Shown here: positions 15,756 to 25,870 of the stretch, piece after piece
Layout: every line of letters begins with the position of its first letter
How positions within the stretch are numbered: position 1 is the stretch's first letter
Source of the DNA: Candidatus Electrothrix sp. GW3-4
GTDB lineage: Bacteria; Desulfobacterota; Desulfobulbia; Desulfobulbales; Desulfobulbaceae
Reading direction: 5' to 3'
DNA: 32,000 bases
NCBI RefSeq assembly: GCF_037902255.1
Contig: NZ_CP147990.1
Location: 990,001-1,022,000 of the forward strand
Notes under the pieces: generated by a model
What the model was told of the DNA's origin: nothing
Seen by the model: only the letters and a program-made list of their open reading frames with translations
The model's database searches: none
Made by a program: the position numbers and the translations under genes

Positions 15756-16313
15756 ATGGCAAATGCGGTAGTAGACCTGGCAAGAGAGAGTATGGAGGAG
15801 AGGATTGAGGCCCTGAAACGAGAGTTGACCAGGATCCGAACCGGTCGTGCTTCCCGAACCCTGCTGGACGGCATTAAAGTGAATGCCTACGGTTCCACCC
15901 TGCCTGTTGATCAGGTCGGGACGATCACGGTTCCGGAAAGTCGGATGATTGTGATTCAGCCCTGGGACCCGCAGATGCTGGCTGTGCTGGAAAAGGCCAT
16001 CATGACTTCAGATATCGGCCTGACCCCGGCCAATGACGGTAAGGTGATCCGCCTGAATATCCCTCAGCTCACTGAGGAGCGGCGCAAGGAATTGGTCAAG
16101 CAGGTAAAGAAAATATCCGAAGAGTACAAGGTCGGTGTGCGTAATGATCGGCGTGATGCCAATGAGACCTTCAAAACGCAGAAGAATGACAAGGAAATCT
16201 CTGAAGACGAGATGTTCCGTTATCAGGAAGAGGTGCAGAAGGTGACGGATGAGTTTATTACCCGGATTGACGAGATAGCTGCCGGTAAAGAAAAAGAGGT
16301 TATGGAGGTCTGA
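15756..16313 (+). CDS. frr: Ribosome recycling factor
   Basis: The 185-aa protein begins at ATG 15756 (GGAGAG 4 nt upstream) and contains LTRIRTGRASRTLLDGIKV. Confidence 0.95.
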   Translation: MANAVVDLARESMEERIEALKRELTRIRTGRASRTLLDGIKVNAYGSTLPVDQVGTITVPESRMIVIQPWDPQMLAVLEKAIMTSDIGLTPANDGKVIRLNIPQLTEERRKELVKQVKKISEEYKVGVRNDRRDANETFKTQKNDKEISEDEMFRYQEEVQKVTDEFITRIDEIAAGKEKEVMEV

Positions 16314-16327
16314 CCTCATTGAAGATT

Positions 16328-17080
16328 ATGGATGAAACTCGTTACCCGGATTCGCTTCCTCAACATGTGGCCATTATTATGGACGGTAATGGCCGTTGGG
16401 CCCAACAACGCCATCGTCCCCGACTTTTTGGTCACAAGGCTGGAGCGGATTCTGTGCGTGAGGCAGTAGAGACCGCTCGTGAGGTCGGGATCAGGCATCT
16501 CACCCTGTATGCCTTTTCTACAGAGAACTGGCAGCGTCCCGGTCTGGAGGTCAAGGGGCTTATGGGCCTGCTGAAGAACTACCTCCAGTCTGAGCTGGAC
16601 AATATGAAGAACAACGGGATTCGCTTGGCATGCTTTGGCCAGAAAGACCGCCTTCCTGATGAGGTGCGTGGGATGCTGGATCAGGTCATTGCCGAGACAA
16701 AGCTCTGCTCCAAACTGCGCCTGAATCTCTGTCTTAGCTACGGCTCCCGGGCAGAAATGATCGGGGCCATGCAGGAGATTAGCCGGAAATGCGTCTCTGG
16801 TGAGCTGAATCCTGAGGAGATTGATGACCAGCTCTTTAGTGATCATCTCTACTCCACAGGGCAACCAGATCCCGACTTGTTGATCAGGACCAGCGGTGAA
16901 CAGCGGCTCTCTAATTTTCTCCTCTGGCAGTTGTCCTATGCGGAGTTATATTTTACCGATGTACCATGGCCTGATTTTCGCAGGGATCAGTTTCTCGCAG
17001 CTTTGGAGGAATACGCGGGGCGTCAGCGACGTTTTGGAAAGACCGGAGCACAGGCTGAAGCCGCCTGTGTTTCCTCGTGA
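16328..17080 (+). CDS. uppS: Isoprenyl transferase (undecaprenyl-diphosphate synthase)
   Basis: The motifs HVAIIMDGNGRWA, LTLYAFSTENWQRP and RTSGEQRLSNFLLWQLSYAELYF are present. A TTG alternative start lies at 16319. Confidence 0.93.
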   Translation: MDETRYPDSLPQHVAIIMDGNGRWAQQRHRPRLFGHKAGADSVREAVETAREVGIRHLTLYAFSTENWQRPGLEVKGLMGLLKNYLQSELDNMKNNGIRLACFGQKDRLPDEVRGMLDQVIAETKLCSKLRLNLCLSYGSRAEMIGAMQEISRKCVSGELNPEEIDDQLFSDHLYSTGQPDPDLLIRTSGEQRLSNFLLWQLSYAELYFTDVPWPDFRRDQFLAALEEYAGRQRRFGKTGAQAEAACVSS

Positions 17081-17275
17081 TATTTCCTTTTCTGCCCCTC
17101 ATCCCGGTCCGTCGGGCCGGGAGAGCAAAAAGTAAAACTGGCGGACCGACTGTCCATCAGTTTATATGGAAGTACCGACGACTCCTTGGAGTCGTCCGGT
17201 CACCTTTCATGCTTTGTTGTCCCTCCCCAGAGGGGGAAGGGTGGGCGTTTCATAGAAAATAAACAATACGATGTT

Positions 17276-18076
17276 ATGAAGCAACGTCTGATCCCCGGCA
17301 TATTCATGGTTGTTCTGTGGATATTGCTGCTGTTTCTGGCCCCTCCCTTTATATTTTGGTGTGCCCTCACCATTGGTACGGCTCTTGCCCTGCATGAGTT
17401 TTTTCGCATGATCGACAAGACGCCGGGAACAGGTATCCTTCTCCTGTCCATACTGACCAGTCTGGTCCCGGTCCTGGCCTCTGCCAATGGCCGTCCAGCC
17501 GAGGTCCTGGTCGGCGGCTATCTTGCCCTGTTAGGTCTGATCCTGCTGACCATCTTTTTTTACACCCGTTTTTCCGATCCCCTGGCCTTTTTTGTGCATT
17601 CTGGTTTTGCTGTTTTTTATATAGCCCTTTGTTCTGCCTTTCTTGTCCTGCTTCGGTTTTTGCCTGCTGGTAATATCTGGTTACTTGTCTTAACGGCTAT
17701 TACTGCCGGATCCGACACCGGGGCCTATTATACAGGCCGTGCCTTTGGCAACAAGAAGCTCTGTCCCAGTATCAGTCCTGCTAAGACGATGAATGGAGCC
17801 ATCGGGGGCATCCTGACTGCGGTCATTGCTGCTACCCTCATAGGCGCCTTTCTCCTTCCTGAGGTCGGGAGCCTGCAGCTGGCCCTGACCGCAGCCTTAC
17901 TTGCTAGCGTAGGTATTGCTGGCGACCTGGCTGAGTCCATTATTAAGCGCGGTACCGGGATCAAGGATTCCGGTACCCTGCTGGGTGGGCACGGCGGGCT
18001 GCTGGATCGGGCTGACAGCCTGCTTTTGACGGCCCCGCTCCTGTATCTGCTGCTTTTTTTCGGAGTTCTCCAATGA
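17276..18076 (+). CDS. cdsA: Phosphatidate cytidylyltransferase
   Basis: This is a multi-TM protein. The C-terminal motif [28 protein letters not shown] is the CDS signature. I take the first ATG after the structured spacer as the start. Confidence 0.9.
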   Translation: MKQRLIPGIFMVVLWILLLFLAPPFIFWCALTIGTALALHEFFRMIDKTPGTGILLLSILTSLVPVLASANGRPAEVLVGGYLALLGLILLTIFFYTRFSDPLAFFVHSGFAVFYIALCSAFLVLLRFLPAGNIWLLVLTAITAGSDTGAYYTGRAFGNKKLCPSISPAKTMNGAIGGILTAVIAATLIGAFLLPEVGSLQLALTAALLASVGIAGDLAESIIKRGTGIKDSGTLLGGHGGLLDRADSLLLTAPLLYLLLFFGVLQ

Positions 18077-19242
18077 AATTCCTTTCCCTCCTCGGTTCCA
18101 CCGGTTCCATTGGTAAAAATGTTCTGAACGTGGTGCGCTCCTTCCCGGATCGTTTTCAAGTGGTTGGTCTCTCTGCAGGCAGGAATATCGAAGAGCTTGC
18201 TGCTCAGGTCCGGGAATTTCAGCCTGAGTGCATTTCGGTTGCTGATCAGACCCTGGCCTCTCAGCTCATTACCATGCTGCCTGAGACGTATCAGGACAGG
18301 GTTTTTTGGGGCGACGAGGGAAATAAAAAGGTAGCCACGGTGCCAGCAGCAGAGATGGTTGTCTCTGCGGTGGTGGGTGCGGTGGGGCTCCTGCCCACCT
18401 TGGCGGCAATAGCTGAGGGCAAGGATATCGGGCTTGCCAATAAGGAAACCCTGGTCATGGCCGGACGCCTGGTTATGGAGGCAGCCCGAAGACATAAGGT
18501 CGCATTGCTTCCTATTGATTCTGAGCATTCAGCTATTTTTCAGGCCTTGGAGGCAGGGCGCCGCGCTGATGTAGGGAAGATTATCCTGACTGCCTCAGGC
18601 GGCCCCTTTCGGACCTTGGGGAAAGAGGAACTGCGACAGGCCACCCCGGAACAGGCCTTGGCCCATCCTAACTGGGATATGGGACGGAAGATCTCTGTTG
18701 ATTCGGCAACCATGATGAATAAGGGGCTGGAGGTTATTGAGGCCTGCTGGCTTTTTGATGTACCGGCAGAGAAAATACGGGTAGTTGTTCATCCGGAATC
18801 CATAGTCCATTCTCTGGTGGAGTATATTGACGGCTCTGTGGTGGCCCAATTGGGAATTCCGGATATGCGGATTCCTATTGCTTATGCCCTGTCCTACCCG
18901 GAACGAATCCCCCTCAATCTTTCCCGTCTCAGCCTTTCCGACTGCGGGAGGCTCAGTTTTGAAAAACCAGATTATGATCGTTTTCCGGCCCTTGAGCTCG
19001 CCTTCCGGGTGATGGAAGAGGGGGGGGTGAAACCAGCAGTGCTCAATGCGGCCAACGAGGTTGCAGTTGCTGCCTTTCTTGCTGAGCAGATCGGTTTTAC
19101 GGATATCACCGCGCTTGTTGTCTCGACCCTGGACCGTTTTGCCCCTGGTGATGATCTTGATCTGGATGCTATTGTAGCAGCAGATGGCAAGGCCCGGGAG
19201 ATTGCCCGGAAAGAGGTTGCACAGCGGCAGCTGGCTGAGTAG
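18073..19242 (+). CDS. dxr: 1-deoxy-D-xylulose-5-phosphate reductoisomerase
   Basis: [15 protein letters not shown] (NADPH site), LANKETLV and DSEHSAIFQ are present. The start overlaps the cdsA stop (ATGA). Confidence 0.95.
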   Translation: MKFLSLLGSTGSIGKNVLNVVRSFPDRFQVVGLSAGRNIEELAAQVREFQPECISVADQTLASQLITMLPETYQDRVFWGDEGNKKVATVPAAEMVVSAVVGAVGLLPTLAAIAEGKDIGLANKETLVMAGRLVMEAARRHKVALLPIDSEHSAIFQALEAGRRADVGKIILTASGGPFRTLGKEELRQATPEQALAHPNWDMGRKISVDSATMMNKGLEVIEACWLFDVPAEKIRVVVHPESIVHSLVEYIDGSVVAQLGIPDMRIPIAYALSYPERIPLNLSRLSLSDCGRLSFEKPDYDRFPALELAFRVMEEGGVKPAVLNAANEVAVAAFLAEQIGFTDITALVVSTLDRFAPGDDLDLDAIVAADGKAREIARKEVAQRQLAE

Positions 19243-19278
19243 CCGGGAAGAGGAACCCTAGTCCTGGGAGGAAACAGC

Positions 19279-19719
19279 ATGGATCGGCATCTGGCGACAA
19301 AAGTACTTCTTGTTGATGATGAAGAGGCATTTGTGCAGCTGCTTGCCCGTCGTCTTGCAACCAGAGGGATGAAGGTTGCTGCTGTCACCTGCGGCGAGGA
19401 GGCTGTGGCGATGGTGGATAAACGGATTTTTGATGTGGCGGTTATTGATCTCTCCATGCCAGGCATTGATGGCATTGAAACCCTGAAGCAGATTAAGGCC
19501 AAGAAACCGGAGATTGAGGTCCTGATGCTGACCGGGCATGCCACCGTGGCAGGCGGCATTGAGGCCATGAAGCAGGGGGCCAGGGATTTTTTACAGAAAC
19601 CTGTGGAGTTGGAAGAGCTGCTGGAAAAGATCAAGACCGCTAGACAATCCCGACTGACAGCGCTGCACCGGAAAGCAGATGCTGAGATGCAGGAGATTCT
19701 CAAGCGAAAGAGCTGGTAA
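19279..19719 (+). CDS. Stand-alone receiver-domain response regulator with a short C-terminal coiled coil
   Basis: KVLLVDDEEAF...DVAVIDLSMPGIDGIETL...LTGHA...KQGARDFLQKP are REC signatures. The protein has no output domain. GGGAGG serves as RBS. Confidence 0.9.
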   Translation: MDRHLATKVLLVDDEEAFVQLLARRLATRGMKVAAVTCGEEAVAMVDKRIFDVAVIDLSMPGIDGIETLKQIKAKKPEIEVLMLTGHATVAGGIEAMKQGARDFLQKPVELEELLEKIKTARQSRLTALHRKADAEMQEILKRKSW

Positions 19720-19752
19720 TATCTGGGAGATTTTTTTTGAGGGGGAGCGGCT

Positions 19753-20289
19753 ATGCCGGAAAGAACAAAAGATATACGAGAGATGGTTATCCCTCTGGAG
19801 CGTTGTCCCCGGCTCTATGAGCATCAGACCTTGGACGAGGCTATAGCCCTGTTTGCCCTGAGTCCGTCTGAGGAAAATCCTGTTGATCTTCCCCTTCTGC
19901 TTGTGCTTGATACAAAGAATAGCCTGGTAGGGAGGATTTCACGGGCGGATATCCTGCGAGGCCTGGTGCCGAGTCTGTTGGGCATGGGGCGCGGGGGGAG
20001 TAAATTCTCCTGGAGCAATACAGAGGACCCGCACCTGACCTTCCTGTATGAAGACCACGCCCTTGCTGAGTGCGGAGGTAATCGGATGCGACCTGTTCGT
20101 TCCCTGATGCGTCCGATTGATTTTACCTTGCCAGCAGATACACATATTTTGGAGGCTATTGTGATTCTACACCGCCATAATACCTCTTGCGTCCCGGTGC
20201 TCGAAAATGGGGCAGTTATCGGCCTTCTACGTTTTGAAGAACTTTTTCACGCTATGTGCAATACCTGGTGTACTCTGCCGCAGAGATGA
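19753..20289 (+). CDS. CBS-pair domain protein
   Basis: Two CBS-like halves are visible (TLDEAIALFA...LVGRISRADILRGL and ILEAIVILHRHNTSCVPVLENGAVIGLLRFEELF). The protein is 178 aa with no other domain. Confidence 0.75.
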   Translation: MPERTKDIREMVIPLERCPRLYEHQTLDEAIALFALSPSEENPVDLPLLLVLDTKNSLVGRISRADILRGLVPSLLGMGRGGSKFSWSNTEDPHLTFLYEDHALAECGGNRMRPVRSLMRPIDFTLPADTHILEAIVILHRHNTSCVPVLENGAVIGLLRFEELFHAMCNTWCTLPQR

Positions 20290-20340
20290 GGATGTTGCAA
20301 CGGCAGAAAAGCAAACAACAATACTTCGTCGGAACATAAG

Positions 20341-21837
20341 ATGCCGTCTGCACATCCTCAGGTACTTCGGTTGTCCGGGGTGAAAAAACGATTTAATTGG
20401 CAACGATTGCTCTTTATCCTTACTGGCATTGCTTGCTTTGTCCTGGTGTATTTCTGTCCACCATGGCCGGATGCCGTTGATCCAACAGGGGCCCATTTTA
20501 CCTTGACCCGGGAGGGAAAGGGGGCTCTGGCTGTTTTTTTGCTGGCTGCAATCTGGTGGATCTTTGAGGTGGTGCCTATCGGCGTGACCAGCCTGACCAT
20601 TGGCGTTCTGCAGGCCCTGTTTATGATCCGTGATCCCCGCACCGCATTTCGGGATTTTATGGATCCATCCGTGCTCTTCATCTTTGGTTCCATCATGATT
20701 GGTATGGTCTTTACCAAGACCGGTTTGACCCGGAGGATGGCCTATAAGATGCTCTCCATTGTCGGGGAACGGACCAGTATGATCTATCTGGGCTGTTTTG
20801 CCATGACTGGCGTCCTGACCCATTTCATGGCCCATACCGCTGTCGCTGCCACCATGTTTCCCCTGCTCATGGCCATTCATGCCCTCTATGCTGATGAAGA
20901 ACAGCCCACCCGATTTGGTAAGGGCCTGTTCATGGGGATGGCCTATGTCGCAGGCGCAGGCAGTATCATTACCCTGCTGGGGGCTGCCAGGGGGGCTGTT
21001 GCTCTGGGGTTTTATAAGGACATCATGAAGGTCGATATCAGCTTTTTCGAGTTGAGCTGGTACATGTTTCCCATTGGCTGGCTCATGATTTTCCTGCTCT
21101 GGGGCTTTTTTCTTCTTTTTTTTCGACCGGAGCATGCCCGGATTCCGGGTTTAAAGGAAAAGGCGAGCAGGATGTACAAGGATTTGGGGCGCTGGACGAG
21201 CAACGAGCTTCTCGCCGCCGGGATCGTCTTTGGAACTATCCTGATTATCGCGCTGAAGAATTTTATTCCTGCCTTGGCCGGTATCCATAAAACCGGTATC
21301 TTGCTCTGTTCCACTATTTCTTTTTTTCTCTTCAATATCCTTGCAATTGATGATCTTGAAGAGGTGCCCTGGAATATTATCCTCCTCTTTGCCGGGGCCA
21401 TGTCCATCGGGTTTTGTCTCTGGGAGACCGGGGCCGCCCGCTGGCTGGCCGTCAATTGGTTGCTCCTCTTTCAGGCCTCGCCACCCATGCTTTTTGTTCT
21501 TGGCATGGCCTTCTTTGTTATGATAATGACTAATTTCATTATGAATGTGGCTGCCATTGCTATTTCTCTGCCCGTGGCCCTGGTGATTGCCCCCTACCTT
21601 GGGGTCAGCGGTGAGGTGATTCTCTTTTCCTCCCTTGTGGTCGCTGGCATGCCTTTTTTCCTCCTGGTCGGTGCTGCTCCCAATGCCATTGCCTATAATT
21701 CCCAACAATTCAGTCCCGGTGAGTTTTTCCTGTGGGGAATCCCGGCCAGTGGTCTGCTGATGCTGGTGGTCTGGCTGGCAGTGGCTGTTATCTGGCCCCT
21801 CATGGGCATGGAGGTCTTTGTGCCGGTGCAGGGATGA
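20341..21837 (+). CDS. DASS/SLC13-like anion transporter (ArsB/NhaD permease superfamily)
   Basis: The 498-aa protein is polytopic, with an inverted-repeat-like architecture and hairpin-type motifs (GAGSIITLLGAARG, VGAAPNAIAY). Confidence 0.7.
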   Translation: MPSAHPQVLRLSGVKKRFNWQRLLFILTGIACFVLVYFCPPWPDAVDPTGAHFTLTREGKGALAVFLLAAIWWIFEVVPIGVTSLTIGVLQALFMIRDPRTAFRDFMDPSVLFIFGSIMIGMVFTKTGLTRRMAYKMLSIVGERTSMIYLGCFAMTGVLTHFMAHTAVAATMFPLLMAIHALYADEEQPTRFGKGLFMGMAYVAGAGSIITLLGAARGAVALGFYKDIMKVDISFFELSWYMFPIGWLMIFLLWGFFLLFFRPEHARIPGLKEKASRMYKDLGRWTSNELLAAGIVFGTILIIALKNFIPALAGIHKTGILLCSTISFFLFNILAIDDLEEVPWNIILLFAGAMSIGFCLWETGAARWLAVNWLLLFQASPPMLFVLGMAFFVMIMTNFIMNVAAIAISLPVALVIAPYLGVSGEVILFSSLVVAGMPFFLLVGAAPNAIAYNSQQFSPGEFFLWGIPASGLLMLVVWLAVAVIWPLMGMEVFVPVQG

Positions 21838-22868
21838 TCGATCGGTATCCAGGACGCTCTGTTATGAAAAAATGTTCTCTCTGGTTGGAAAAAATTTTGC
21901 CCCCGCCTCGGGGAAATTTTATGATCCGGTCGGATCTTGATAAGGGATACCGGCGTTTTTCCAGAGGTCTCTCCCTCATCCTGACGATTTTGGTCCTGAT
22001 CCCCATGACTATCATCGCTGTTGTTTCCCATTACCAACAGATCTCTGTTTTTCTTCTTTGCGCCCTTGTTGCGGTGCTGGTGGTCTTTCAGTTGAGCGAG
22101 GCCATCACTGATCATCTGCGCGAGGCCGGTTTAAAACGGGAGCAGTTCCTGGCCCGGGCTGAGCAACCCAATAAGCTGGCTTCCATCGGCAGGCTGGCCG
22201 CCGGAGTGGCCCATGAAATCAATAATCCCCTGGCAATCATCAATCAGCAGGCCGGGCTCATCCAGGATATTCAAGAGATGTCCCCTGATTTTCCCCATAA
22301 GGATGTGGTGGAGGAGTCCCTGGTAGGTATCCAGAACAGCGTAAAGCGTTGTAAGGTTATTACTCATCGTCTGCTTGGCTTTGCCCATCAGACCAGGATG
22401 AAAATGGAACAGGTTGATATCAATGGCCTTATCTATGAGGCGGTTGGTTTCTTGGCCAAAGAGGCATCCTATAAGCAAATCGGCATGAAGTTTGTTCTGG
22501 ATGAGGATCTTCAGCATCCTTGGAGCGATCGAGGTGAACTCCTCCAGATTTTTTTGAATATCATCGGCAACGCCATAGATGCAATGGCAGAAAGCGGCGG
22601 AATCGTCACCCTGACCAGTCAACAGATTGATCAGAAGAATCTTCGTGTCTGTATTGCGGATAACGGTCCGGGCATGACAGTCGAGGTGCAGCAGCATATC
22701 TTTGATCCCTTTTTCACCACCAAGGAGACCGGCCGGGGAACCGGGCTGGGGCTATCCATTGTCTATGGGCTGATCAGAAAGCTGGGCGGTACGGTGAATG
22801 TGGTTTCTGTTGTGGGGAAAGGTACGGAATTTGAGATTGATTTGCCGCTCCATCTGGAAGAGGAATAA
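21834..22868 (+). CDS. Intramembrane-type sensor histidine kinase
   Basis: ATG 21834 overlaps the transporter stop (ATGA); ATG 21864 is an alternative start. Two TM helices are separated by about 5 residues (SHYQQ). The H-box is [10 protein letters not shown], the N-box [12 protein letters not shown]1 [17 protein letters not shown] and G2 [11 protein letters not shown]. Confidence 0.9.
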   Translation: MIDRYPGRSVMKKCSLWLEKILPPPRGNFMIRSDLDKGYRRFSRGLSLILTILVLIPMTIIAVVSHYQQISVFLLCALVAVLVVFQLSEAITDHLREAGLKREQFLARAEQPNKLASIGRLAAGVAHEINNPLAIINQQAGLIQDIQEMSPDFPHKDVVEESLVGIQNSVKRCKVITHRLLGFAHQTRMKMEQVDINGLIYEAVGFLAKEASYKQIGMKFVLDEDLQHPWSDRGELLQIFLNIIGNAIDAMAESGGIVTLTSQQIDQKNLRVCIADNGPGMTVEVQQHIFDPFFTTKETGRGTGLGLSIVYGLIRKLGGTVNVVSVVGKGTEFEIDLPLHLEEE

Positions 22869-22879
22869 AGGAGAAAAAG

Positions 22880-23263
22880 ATGGAGGGAATGAAACTCTTG
22901 ATCATTGATGATGAGGTGGAATTTGCCGCAACCCTGTGTCAGCGTCTGCGTCTGCGCAGCATAGATGCCGTTGACGCCCACAGTGGTGGAACAGGGTTGG
23001 CCATTCTGGCCGAGGTGAACCCGGATATAGTGATTCTTGATCTGAAGATGCACGATATGAGTGGCTTAGATGTGTTGGCAGAGATCAAGGCCTATGATGC
23101 GTCTATTGAAGTAATTATGCTGACCGGGCATGGTTCGGTGCGGGCCGGGCTTGAGGCCAGGGAGAAAGGGGCCTTTGCGTATATTATCAAACCGGTTGAC
23201 CTGCCTGATCTCTTGATCAAGATTTATGCGGCTGCGGAAAAACAGAATGAGGCTACGAAATGA
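22880..23263 (+). CDS. Stand-alone receiver-domain response regulator
   Basis: KLLIIDDEVEF...DIVILDLKMHDMSGLDVL...LTGHGS...KGAFAYIIKP are REC signatures. The protein is 127 aa with no output domain. AAGGAG serves as RBS. Confidence 0.9.
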   Translation: MEGMKLLIIDDEVEFAATLCQRLRLRSIDAVDAHSGGTGLAILAEVNPDIVILDLKMHDMSGLDVLAEIKAYDASIEVIMLTGHGSVRAGLEAREKGAFAYIIKPVDLPDLLIKIYAAAEKQNEATK

Positions 23264-23943
23264 CGGAAAAGCAGGAACAGGCAATACGGCAGCAGCAGAT
23301 AGCCTCGCTTGGTCGGTTAGTTGCGGATTTTTCCCATGAGATGCGTAACCATCTTGCGGTGATCCAGGAGGCAAACGGCCTGCTGGAGGATATCCTGGCA
23401 ATGGAGGGATCCAAAGGGAGCCCTCTTCTTGTCTCGTTGGCAGAAACAGCTGGCCAGATCGGGCAACGGGTTCGGCGTTCGGCGGATCTCTGCCGGTATC
23501 TCAGTGGGATGGCCCACCGTTCCGATACCCCGCTTTCCTTCTTTGCCGTGAATGAGCTTGTTGAGGAGCTGGCTGTCTTCCTGGAACGTTCTGCCCGCTC
23601 CAGGAAGGTTGTCGTGCAGCTTGATCCGGGGCAGGGACTTGAGCCCATATATAATGAGCCAGCCCTGTTGCAGCATGTTCTCTATCAGCTGTATGTCTTT
23701 TGTTTGGATCTGCTGAGTAAGGGGCAGACCTTAGTCATCAGCACTGCGCAGGCAGAGGGGGGCGTTGTAATCAGTTTTCGCTTGGTTGGTGTGCCGAAAT
23801 TGGATCTGGCAGGGATGTCTGAGACCGTGCTGGCAGCGCTTTCCTCGCTGGGGGTAAAACTGGAAAGAGGAGAGGGCGCAGGGAAGGGAGATATTGGTTC
23901 CTCTGGCTTCAGGTTGGTTGCGCCTTCGTTACCTGTTGCTTAA
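23260..23943 (+). CDS. Soluble DHp-containing protein with a degenerate ATPase domain (candidate ChpT/Spo0B-like histidine phosphotransferase or phosphatase)
   Basis: The H-box LVADFSHEMRNHL is retained. The C-terminal half has no recognisable N, G1 (DxGxG) or G2 (GxGxG) box. The start overlaps the upstream stop (ATGA). Confidence 0.7.
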   Translation: MTEKQEQAIRQQQIASLGRLVADFSHEMRNHLAVIQEANGLLEDILAMEGSKGSPLLVSLAETAGQIGQRVRRSADLCRYLSGMAHRSDTPLSFFAVNELVEELAVFLERSARSRKVVVQLDPGQGLEPIYNEPALLQHVLYQLYVFCLDLLSKGQTLVISTAQAEGGVVISFRLVGVPKLDLAGMSETVLAALSSLGVKLERGEGAGKGDIGSSGFRLVAPSLPVA

Positions 23944-24928
23944 GTGGCGGGGAATTGGAGGGCCTCTGAGCGTTGTATCCCTCTTGGCCCTGCTTTGCAT
24001 TTTTGCTCAGGAGGCTGTGCTTGTCGCCCAAAAATTTGCTGCCTGAGTTTGGATAAGAGTATCCTTTGTTGGTGAACGTGTTTTTTTCGTGGGGAGAAAA
24101 AGAAAAAGTTGTTTTTTGGGAAGAATGGGGGTATAAAAAATTGTATGAAGAGTCGATGAACGGGATAGAAAGTTGAACTTTTTCGTTTTTTGAGATGAAG
24201 GCAGCTGAGACCGGAGGAAATATCATCATGAAAAGGAGGATATGAGTTTCAGCTGCCTTCCCTTTATAATGAACTTTACTCTGTTGATTCTGTCAATCGT
24301 ATTTTTTCGTGGTTATCTGAATTTGGAATTTTTTCTGCATCTCAGATGTACGTCGGTTTCTTAGTTATCCTCTTGTCCCCTCGCGTTTTTTGTTTAATCT
24401 CGTTTTTTTGGGTGTCTGCCCTTCTCACCTCGTACAGCTCATTTTTTGTCCTCTCCAAGAGACTTTTTTATTATATCTCAAGCAACGAGGAAAAAAATAT
24501 GAAAAAAGCAGTTACGTTCATTTGCGCTTGACCGGGTTTTTCTTCTCCTTGCCTTATGAATTCTTTTATGATTATCAAGTTGTAGGGCGCTGGGCTCATA
24601 GGTATCTCAGGGAAGCCTAAAAATAACAATATGCCGTGCTGCTTTGCACTCTCTGGAGTGATTATTATGCGGATATCGGAGGGGTGTAGGTCAACTTGCT
24701 GTAATAGCAAATAAATAGGTACGGAGGAATCTGCAGTAACCGTTTGGCTCCAGAAGAAGAAATAGAATACTCTCAGCGAGTAGATTTTTTCCGCCTGCTG
24801 TTCCCTTTTTTTGTTCGCAAAAGCCTCTGCAAACTGGGGCGCCGATTATCTATGGTGCCAGCACCCGGCGTGATGAAAATACCGCTTTCAACAGCCCTCA
24901 AGACAACCTCTATTCATCAGGGGGATAC

Positions 24929-25870
24929 TTGCTCTCTCATCGATTCATTTTCTTGTTAAGAAGAATATTTTTTCTCTCTGGAATAATTATGATTTTTTCC
25001 GGATGCCTGTTATTGTCCGCCTGCAGTAACCAGGAGGAACAGAGTTACTTACCCGAATTCACCACAACCCCGCCGACCAGAGACACCGAATATATTTTCG
25101 GTATTCATCCGCTCCATAATCCGCAAAGGCTTTTCGAGGTCTTTGGTCCCATGATGGAATACCTGTCAAAAAATATTGCTGGCGTCTCGTTCCGATTGGA
25201 AGCCTCGCGTAATTATGCTGCTTTTGATGAAAAACTCTATGCCAGAAAATTCCATTTTGCTTTACCCAACCCATTCCAGACCGTCAATGCGGTGGATAAA
25301 GGGTATAAGGTGTTTGGGAAAATGGGAGATGATCAAAATTTTAGAGGAATTATTTTGGTCAAAAAGGACAGCGGTATAAAGAAGGTGACTGATCTTAAAG
25401 GAAAGGCTGTCAGCTATCCCGCTCCCACAGCCTTAGCCGCCTCAATGATGCCACAATACTATCTGCAGAAACATGGTGTAGATGTTATGACAGAACTGGA
25501 TAACCGCTATGTCGGTTCTCAGGAATCCTCCATTATGAACGTGTTTCTTGGGCAAACCGAGGCCGCTGCTACCTGGCCGCCTCCCTGGAAGGCATTAAGC
25601 GCGGAGCGACCGGAATTAGCTGAGCAACTGGCGGTTATCTGGCAGACAGAACCCCTGTTGAATAATGGACTGGTTGTTTTGCCTGAGGTTCCAGATAACA
25701 TCACCCGACAGGTCATCAAGCTGTTAACAAACCTTCATACCCATGAGCAGGGGAGAAGCATCCTGAAACCAATGGAACTCTCAGGTTACGAAAATGCTAC
25801 GGATGACACCTATCTGCCTGTGCGTGCTTTTCTTATCAAATTCTCCCTGGAAGTCAGACCCGTACAGTAA
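24929..25870 (+). CDS. PhnD-like (phosphonate-type) periplasmic substrate-binding protein, probable lipoprotein
   Basis: A LLSAC lipobox is present. FGIHPLHNPQRLFEVFGPMMEYLS...FRGIILVKKDSGIKKVTDLKGKAVSYPAPTALAASMMP resembles the PhnD/PBP fold. The start is uncertain (TTG 24929 or ATG 24989). Confidence 0.75.
   Translation: MLSHRFIFLLRRIFFLSGIIMIFSGCLLLSACSNQEEQSYLPEFTTTPPTRDTEYIFGIHPLHNPQRLFEVFGPMMEYLSKNIAGVSFRLEASRNYAAFDEKLYARKFHFALPNPFQTVNAVDKGYKVFGKMGDDQNFRGIILVKKDSGIKKVTDLKGKAVSYPAPTALAASMMPQYYLQKHGVDVMTELDNRYVGSQESSIMNVFLGQTEAAATWPPPWKALSAERPELAEQLAVIWQTEPLLNNGLVVLPEVPDNITRQVIKLLTNLHTHEQGRSILKPMELSGYENATDDTYLPVRAFLIKFSLEVRPVQ

Noticed and set aside
21732-21833. Upstream extension of the His-kinase ORF overlapping the transporter 3' end
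   Set aside because: The extension is an alternative-frame read of the transporter gene. The ATGA-overlap start at 21834 (or ATG 21864) gives a normal kinase N-terminus.
23985-23999. Sigma54-like promoter TGGCCC-TGCT-TTGCA
   Set aside because: The GG-to-GC spacing is one base shorter than the strict TGGCAC-N5-TTGC geometry, and no gene starts within 900 bp downstream.
24346-24620. Two overlapping ORFs of 60-76 aa in the T-rich spacer
   Set aside because: They are Phe/Leu/Ser-rich translations of pyrimidine tracts, with no RBS and no motif.
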